In this document: positions 59,030 through 64,000 of the stretch, piece after piece
Layout: each line of letters begins with the position of its first letter
Position numbering within the stretch: the stretch's first letter is position 1
Origin: an uncultured Alphaproteobacteria bacterium
Lineage (GTDB): Bacteria > Pseudomonadota > Alphaproteobacteria > Rhizobiales > Devosiaceae
Direction of reading: 5' to 3'
Assembly (NCBI GenBank): GCA_963782875.1
Contig: CAWALD010000001.1
Span: forward strand, 203,605 to 267,604
Length of the DNA stretch: 64,000 nt
The notes under the pieces: model-generated
Seen by the model: only the letters and a program-made list of their open reading frames with translations
Told to the model about the DNA's origin: nothing
The model's database searches: none
Made by a program: the position numbers and the translations under genes

Positions 59030-59587
59030 ATGGGTATCCAATCGAATGCTGCGGAGGTTCGTAGCCCCGCCGAGACCGAAGGCCTGAAGCCGCTCTATCT
59101 GGAGGCCGTTGCGCGTGTAGAACGTCTGCACCGTCGCCTTCTCGACCTGATCAAGGATGAATTCGACCGCATGGGCTGGGATGATATCAATCCCGTGCAG
59201 GCGCTGATGATGTTCAATATCGGGGACAGCGAACTGACCGCTGGCGAACTGCGTTCCCGCGGCTACTATCTGGGCTCCAACGTCTCCTACAATCTCAAGA
59301 AGCTCGTCGACACCGGCTATATCTTCCAGGAGCGTTCGCGCTCGGACCGTCGTTCGGTGCGCATCCGTCTGAGCCCCAAGGGCCAGGAAGTCGCCGAAGT
59401 GATCGATGAACTCTATGACCGTCATCTGAAGTCGATCGACAAGGTCGGCGGCCTGGGCGGCAGCGAATTCGCCGAGCTCAATACCGCTCTGGCCCGTCTG
59501 GAGCGCTTCTGGGTCGACCAGAATTCTCTACAAGCTCTAAGAAGAGCCAAAGTTGAAGTGGCGCAATTGCCACAATCGACAAGCTAA
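59030..59587 (+). CDS. ldtR: MarR-family regulator, LdtR-like (upstream of L,D-transpeptidase); C-terminal tail possibly frameshifted
   Basis: Winged helix block LTAGELRSRGYYLGSNVSYNLKKLVDTGYIFQERSRSDRRSVRIRLS. After FWVDQ, the +1 frame reads ILYKL-stop (TAA 59538-59540), which looks like the conserved terminus. Confidence 0.7.
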   Translation: MGIQSNAAEVRSPAETEGLKPLYLEAVARVERLHRRLLDLIKDEFDRMGWDDINPVQALMMFNIGDSELTAGELRSRGYYLGSNVSYNLKKLVDTGYIFQERSRSDRRSVRIRLSPKGQEVAEVIDELYDRHLKSIDKVGGLGGSEFAELNTALARLERFWVDQNSLQALRRAKVEVAQLPQSTS

Positions 59588-59615
59588 CGCCGGCCTCGGG
59601 CCGGCGTTCTTATTT
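59586..59615 (+). terminator. rho-independent terminator after ldtR
   Basis: AACGCCGGCC-TCG-GGCCGGCGTT followed by CTTATTT. Confidence 0.7.
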
Positions 59616-59777
59616 GTGCCGCAAACTCACCCTAGCGCCTTTCTGTCACGCGAGCCGAAGTCGAATCGGTTTAACGCGTTGCGTGGATAACTCCATCACA
59701 TTTGCCTGAGGTCCCTTGCGGCCGAAGGCTGAGGCCGCCACAAGCCCGTTCAGGGGCAAACGGATAAGGGTAAATAG

Positions 59778-61064
59778 ATGCCGAACACTTGGTCTTCCCG
59801 CATTTCCCGGCGCAGGCTCCTCTCGGGCATGGCTGCTCTGGGCGCCGCAGGTGCGCTTTCGGGCTCCGCGCTGGGACAGGACTCCCTGAGCGATATTCTG
59901 GGACGCAACCGGGTGCTGCGGAACACCGATCGCGACGGAAACACGGTAGCCGCGCTCGATGCCGTCGATACGATCGAGCCCATCCTGTCCTACGACACGG
60001 CCTATAACCTGCAGAATGCCATCGGCACCTATGAACAGATCGTGGCCGGTGGCGGCTGGGGCGAGATGCCTCGCGACGTTCATGGCCTGATCGCCGGTGT
60101 CTCGCGGCAATCTGTTGCTACGCTGCGCAAGCGCCTGATGATCGGGGGCGACCTGCCTGCCGACACCCGCGTGGACACCATGTTCGACGAATATGTCGAC
60201 GCAGCCGTCCGCCGTTTCCAGGCACGGCACGGTCTGTTGATATCGGGCAAGGTCGATGCAGAGACCTATTACGCTCTGAATGTTCCGGCCGATTACCGCC
60301 TTCAGCAATTGCGGCTGAACCTGCAGCGCGTCGAGGCAATGGCGGCCAATCTGACCGACAGCAACAAATCGGACAAATATGTGGTGGTGAATATCCCGGC
60401 AGCCGTCATCGAGGCGGTGGAGGCAGGCGTCATCCATCGCCGCCACACCGCCGTTGTCGGGCGCATCGACCGTCAGACGCCGATCTTGAATTCCAAGATC
60501 ACCCAGATCAACTTCAATCCGTATTGGCATGTACCCAAGAGCATCATCCGCAAGGACCTGATCAAGTACATGAACGAAGATCCGCAATATCTCGAGAAGT
60601 ACCGGATCCACATCTATGATGCGGCGGGTAAAGAACTGCAGGCGACCGACATCGACTGGTCGACCGACGATGCGGTCAACTACATGTTCCGTCAGGAGCC
60701 GGGTGCGGAAAACTCGATGGGCCACGTGAAGATCAACTTCCACAACCCGTATGACGTCTATCTGCATGATACGCCGACCAAATCCCTTTTCGGCGAAAAC
60801 CAGCGCTTCCATTCCTCCGGATGCGTTCGTGTGGCTGATGTCGATCATCTCGTGGCGTGGATTTTGGCCAGCAACGGCTATGATCTCCCGCAGGTGCAGG
60901 CGACCTTCGAATCCAATGAGCGTTTGGACGTGACCGTCGCGGACGCGGTGCCGATCCACACCACCTATGTTTCTGCCTGGGCGAATCGGAAGGGTACGGT
61001 ATCCTTCCGTGAGGACGTCTATGAGTTCGACGCGGCCGGCAAGGTCACCTTCGACGAGGCATAG
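59778..61064 (+). CDS. L,D-transpeptidase with peptidoglycan-binding domain (YkuD/ErfK family)
   Basis: Tat-like leader SRRRLLSGMAALGAAGA, PG-binding repeat (AVRRFQARHGLLISGKVD), and the catalytic HSSGCVRV motif. Confidence 0.88.
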   Translation: MPNTWSSRISRRRLLSGMAALGAAGALSGSALGQDSLSDILGRNRVLRNTDRDGNTVAALDAVDTIEPILSYDTAYNLQNAIGTYEQIVAGGGWGEMPRDVHGLIAGVSRQSVATLRKRLMIGGDLPADTRVDTMFDEYVDAAVRRFQARHGLLISGKVDAETYYALNVPADYRLQQLRLNLQRVEAMAANLTDSNKSDKYVVVNIPAAVIEAVEAGVIHRRHTAVVGRIDRQTPILNSKITQINFNPYWHVPKSIIRKDLIKYMNEDPQYLEKYRIHIYDAAGKELQATDIDWSTDDAVNYMFRQEPGAENSMGHVKINFHNPYDVYLHDTPTKSLFGENQRFHSSGCVRVADVDHLVAWILASNGYDLPQVQATFESNERLDVTVADAVPIHTTYVSAWANRKGTVSFREDVYEFDAAGKVTFDEA

Positions 61065-61164
61065 GCGCGAGGATTCTGCGCTAAACTCTTGCCGGACCAG
61101 CGCGAATTGAGCAGGGGTTGCCGCCGGAGCGGCAGCCTCTTCGCCCATTGCGAGGGAGGCAGGA

Positions 61165-61365
61165 TTGGGGGAACAAAAGCCGCCGTCTGGTGAAGTTCTT
61201 TTCGAATTCCAGCAAATTGGCCAGCAGATGCGTGTCGCAGCAATCGATGGTGACACGGGAATAGAAGTCATCATCGTTGCCCCGCTGACGGCCAGCCGTG
61301 CGCAGATGCAGCAGGTTGCCTTGGCCAAGCTCAGGCGCCGCATGCAACAAGGTGCCCCGTCCTAG
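61165..61365 (+). CDS. small conserved hypothetical protein (66 aa)
   Basis: GEVLFEFQQIGQQMRVAAIDGDTGIEVIIVAP. Sits between ldt and glyA. Codon usage is protein-like. Confidence 0.5.
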   Translation: MGEQKPPSGEVLFEFQQIGQQMRVAAIDGDTGIEVIIVAPLTASRAQMQQVALAKLRRRMQQGAPS

Positions 61366-61420
61366 GCTGCCGAACAGGGCAGGGGCTTTCCCAATCGGCG
61401 GACTTGCGGCATAGTATGAA

Positions 61421-61496
61421 GGTTCGCGCGACTGGCGAGATAGGATGGGTCACCATCGGGAAGCGCGAACGTTTTGACGCCGTTCGCCTGGGCACC
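61421..61496 (+). promoter_or_regulatory. ZTP riboswitch (pfl motif) in the glyA leader
   Basis: GGTTCGCGCGACTGGCGAGATAGGATGGGTCACCATCGGGAAGCGCGAAC, an 8-nt linker, then GCCGTTCGCCTGGGCA. The conserved GACUGGCG, GGGU..ACC..CGGG.AGC and CGCCUGGGCA blocks are all present, with P1 formed by GTTCGCGC/GCGCGAAC. Confidence 0.85.
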
Positions 61497-61631
61497 CTTA
61501 AACCAATGGGAGCCCGAAATGTTGTCAATGTCTGCTTTCCCTGCCTGCAGGTTCCGTCTTGGAATCGTCTTCAGCTGCGTGATAGACGCAGCCAAGCCGC
61601 ACATGCCAGCCATTAAAGAAGGAGGCCGCTC

Positions 61632-62933
61632 ATGAGCACTGCAGCCACCCTTTCGCCGTCTGCCCGCTTTTTCTCCGCCTCACTGGCCGAAACCGACCCG
61701 GAGGTGGCGCGCGCCATAGGCAAGGAACTGCACCGTCAGCAGTCCGAAATCGAGCTCATTGCCTCCGAAAACATCGTCTCCGCCGCAGTCCTTGAAGCTC
61801 AGGGCTCGGTGCTGACCAACAAATATGCCGAGGGCTATCCCGGACGGCGCTATTATGGCGGCTGCCAGTTCGTCGACATCGTCGAGGACCTCGCCATTGA
61901 GCGCGCCAAGCAGCTCTTCGGCGTCGGCTTCGCCAATGTGCAGCCCAATTCTGGCAGCCAGGCCAATCAGGGCGTGTACCAGGCGCTGATCAAGCCGGGC
62001 GACACCATTTTGGGGATGAGCCTGGACGCGGGCGGCCATTTGACCCATGGCGCAAAGCCCAACCAGTCCGGGAAGTGGTTCAACGCCATTCAATATGGCG
62101 TGCGCAAGCAGGACGGACGCGTCGATATGGAGCAGGTCGAGGCGCTGGCCAAAGAGCACCGCCCGGCCATGATCGTCGCCGGCTTCTCGGCCTATTCACG
62201 GGTGCTGGATTTTGCCGAATTCCGTCGCATCGCGGACGAAGTCGGGGCTTATCTCTTCGTAGACATGGCCCATGTCGCGGGTCTTGTTGCCGGCGGCGTT
62301 TATCCCAGCCCGTTCCCGCATGCCCATGTCGCCTCCACGACAACCCACAAGACCCTTCGCGGTCCACGCGGTGGGATGATCCTGACGGACGACGAAGCGA
62401 TCGCCAAGAAGATCAACTCCGCGATCTTCCCCGGCATCCAGGGCGGTCCGCTCATGCACGTCATTGCCGGCAAGGCCGTGGCCTTCGGCGAAGCGCTCGA
62501 GCCGGAGTTCAAGACTTACGTCCGTCAGGTGGTCGCCAATGCCAAAGTCCTGGCGGATACGCTGGTCAAGGGCGGGCTCGATATTGTCACCGGCGGCACG
62601 GACAACCATTTGATGCTGGTGGATTTGAGGCCCAAGAGTCTGACTGGCAAGGCCGCAGAGCAGGCGCTCGAACGCGCCCACATCACCTGCAACAAGAACG
62701 CCGTGCCGTTCGACCCTGAAAAGCCAGCTGTCACCTCGGGCATCCGTGTCGGCACGCCGGCAGCGACGTCTCGCGGCTTTGGCGAAGCCGAGTTCGAGCG
62801 CGTGGGCAAGCTCATGGTGGAGACGCTCGATGGGCTCGCAGCCAATGGCGACGAAGGCAATGGCGAGGTGGAAGCTGCCGTGCGCGAAAAGGTTGCCGAG
62901 CTGACCGCGCGCTTCCCGATATACGGCCAGTAA
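61632..62933 (+). CDS. glyA: serine hydroxymethyltransferase
   Basis: [10 protein letters not shown] and the [16 protein letters not shown]-lysine motif. 433 aa. Confidence 0.95.
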   Translation: MSTAATLSPSARFFSASLAETDPEVARAIGKELHRQQSEIELIASENIVSAAVLEAQGSVLTNKYAEGYPGRRYYGGCQFVDIVEDLAIERAKQLFGVGFANVQPNSGSQANQGVYQALIKPGDTILGMSLDAGGHLTHGAKPNQSGKWFNAIQYGVRKQDGRVDMEQVEALAKEHRPAMIVAGFSAYSRVLDFAEFRRIADEVGAYLFVDMAHVAGLVAGGVYPSPFPHAHVASTTTHKTLRGPRGGMILTDDEAIAKKINSAIFPGIQGGPLMHVIAGKAVAFGEALEPEFKTYVRQVVANAKVLADTLVKGGLDIVTGGTDNHLMLVDLRPKSLTGKAAEQALERAHITCNKNAVPFDPEKPAVTSGIRVGTPAATSRGFGEAEFERVGKLMVETLDGLAANGDEGNGEVEAAVREKVAELTARFPIYGQ

Positions 62934-62944
62934 GCGAGGGATTC

Positions 62945-63412
62945 ATGCGCTGTCCTTACTGCGGCAATGACGACACCCAGGTGAAGGACAGCCGTCCCAC
63001 CGAGGACTCTGCTGCCATCCGCCGCCGCCGCGTCTGCAATGGGTGCGGTGGCCGCTTCACCACCTTCGAGCGTGTGCAGTTGCGCGACCTCGTGGTGGTC
63101 AAGAAATCGGGACGCAAGGTGCCCTTCGACCGTGAAAAACTGGCCCGATCTGTGTTTACCGCCCTGCGCAAGCGGGCCGTGGAGCCCGAGCGCGTGGAAC
63201 GCATGATCTCCGGCGTGGTTCGCCAGTTGGAAAGTCTCGGCGACGTGGAGGTGACTTCCGATCAGATCGGTGAGTTCGTAATGGAAGGGCTAAAGGGCCT
63301 GGACGACGTCGCTTTCGTGCGCTTCGCATCGGTGTATAAGAACTTTGCCGCCGCCGACGACTTTCGGTCTTTTCTCGCTGAGCTTGGCGAGCCGGAAGAC
63401 GAGACCCACTGA
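62945..63412 (+). CDS. nrdR: transcriptional repressor NrdR
   Basis: MRCPYCG...VKDSRP...[17 protein letters not shown] zinc ribbon plus an ATP-cone. Confidence 0.95.
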   Translation: MRCPYCGNDDTQVKDSRPTEDSAAIRRRRVCNGCGGRFTTFERVQLRDLVVVKKSGRKVPFDREKLARSVFTALRKRAVEPERVERMISGVVRQLESLGDVEVTSDQIGEFVMEGLKGLDDVAFVRFASVYKNFAAADDFRSFLAELGEPEDETH

Positions 63413-63444
63413 TCGCCGGCAGGGCAGAACGAAAGGCTTCTCTT

Positions 63445-63939
63445 ATGGCTTTGGCCGAACCGCGCACCGGCGGGACCCAACAGGGGCGCAGCGCCAATCA
63501 GCGCGGCGCCGCCCGGCTTGCCGCCGTGCAGGCGCTCTATCAGATGGATGTAGGGCGTGTTCCGCTGGAAGACACGCTGGCGCAGTTCTCCGCCCATCAT
63601 TTGGGCCGGGAAATCGAAGGCGAGCAATATCTGCCCGCGGACGCCGACTTTTTCCGCCAGATCGTGCGCGGTGTCATCGAGAGCCAGCTCACCATCGACC
63701 CCATGATCGACAAGTCGCTGACGCCCGACTGGCCAGTGGGACGGATCGATGCAACGCTTCGCGCCATTCTCAGGGCGGCCGCCTTCGAACTCATCCGCCG
63801 GCCGGACATCCCGCAAAAGGTGGTGATCTCCGAATACCTCGACATCGCCAAGGCCTTCTTCGAGGACGAGGTGCCCGGTGTGGTCAATGCGGTGCTCGAT
63901 GCCATCGCCAAAAAGACGGCGCAGTCCTCCAATGGCTAG
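63445..63939 (+). CDS. nusB: transcription antitermination factor NusB
   Basis: ARLAAVQALYQMD...RIDATLRAILRAAAFEL...EYLDIAKAFF...GVVNAVLD. Confidence 0.9.
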   Translation: MALAEPRTGGTQQGRSANQRGAARLAAVQALYQMDVGRVPLEDTLAQFSAHHLGREIEGEQYLPADADFFRQIVRGVIESQLTIDPMIDKSLTPDWPVGRIDATLRAILRAAAFELIRRPDIPQKVVISEYLDIAKAFFEDEVPGVVNAVLDAIAKKTAQSSNG

Positions 63940-64000
63940 CGCCGCGGCGCCTTTGGGCGACATGCGCAATGTCGGCCTGCTTTCGGCCGCCCAGGCCATC

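Noticed and set aside
63932-64000. Possible start of another gene (MASAAAPLGDMRNVGLLSAAQAI) overlapping the nusB stop.
   Set aside because: It is only about 23 codons before the window ends, and no motif is recognisable. It does not look like the ThiL start I expected, so there is too little evidence to call it.
1-64000. Search for CRISPR arrays, tRNA/rRNA/tmRNA genes, IS elements, integrases, toxin-antitoxin pairs or known defence genes.
   Set aside because: Nothing of these kinds was recognisable by eye in any intergenic region or ORF translation. The NYN and EEP proteins sit in conserved housekeeping contexts rather than in an island.

Overview
GC-rich alphaproteobacterial (Rhizobiales/Hyphomicrobiales-like) chromosomal window; GC was judged by eye, not computed. 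No rRNA, tRNA, CRISPR array, IS element, transposase or integrase was seen. The right two thirds is a conserved housekeeping backbone: slt, dapA, smpB, udg, NYN, rpoZ, spoT/rsh, pyrE, acpS, lepB, rnc, era, recO, parC, bpt, hemB, ldtR-ldt, glyA, nrdR, nusB. The left third and middle are accessory: PAS/HWE sensors with single-domain receivers, Crp/Fnr, SDRs, a peptide-type ABC operon next to anmK, a TRAP-amidase operon, a CE4 deacetylase/GT2 glycosyltransferase cluster, purU, a DMT transporter, a porin, and a large OmpA-family protein. RNA and regulatory elements readable from the sequence are an FMN riboswitch ahead of a RibN-like transporter, a ZTP (pfl) riboswitch ahead of glyA, three exact GGAAC-N16-CGTT (sigma-EcfG type) promoters, and several intrinsic terminators. 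The most striking observation is about 25 reading-frame breaks confined to about 10 mostly accessory genes (ABC operon, YegD-like Hsp70, receiver plus HWE kinase, porin, Slt, two smaller genes). About 45 kb of neighbouring genes is uninterrupted. This means either real multi-hit pseudogenisation or locally unpolished assembly. Other leads are nrdR abutting nusB with no ribD/ribE/ribH between them, a CE4(DUF3473)-GT2 fusion cluster behind a very AT-rich island, and an orphan 24-codon sORF with a perfect SD, a matching anti-SD and its own terminator. I did not recognise a clear new multi-gene system such as a defence island. The findings are ranked candidates, not established discoveries.
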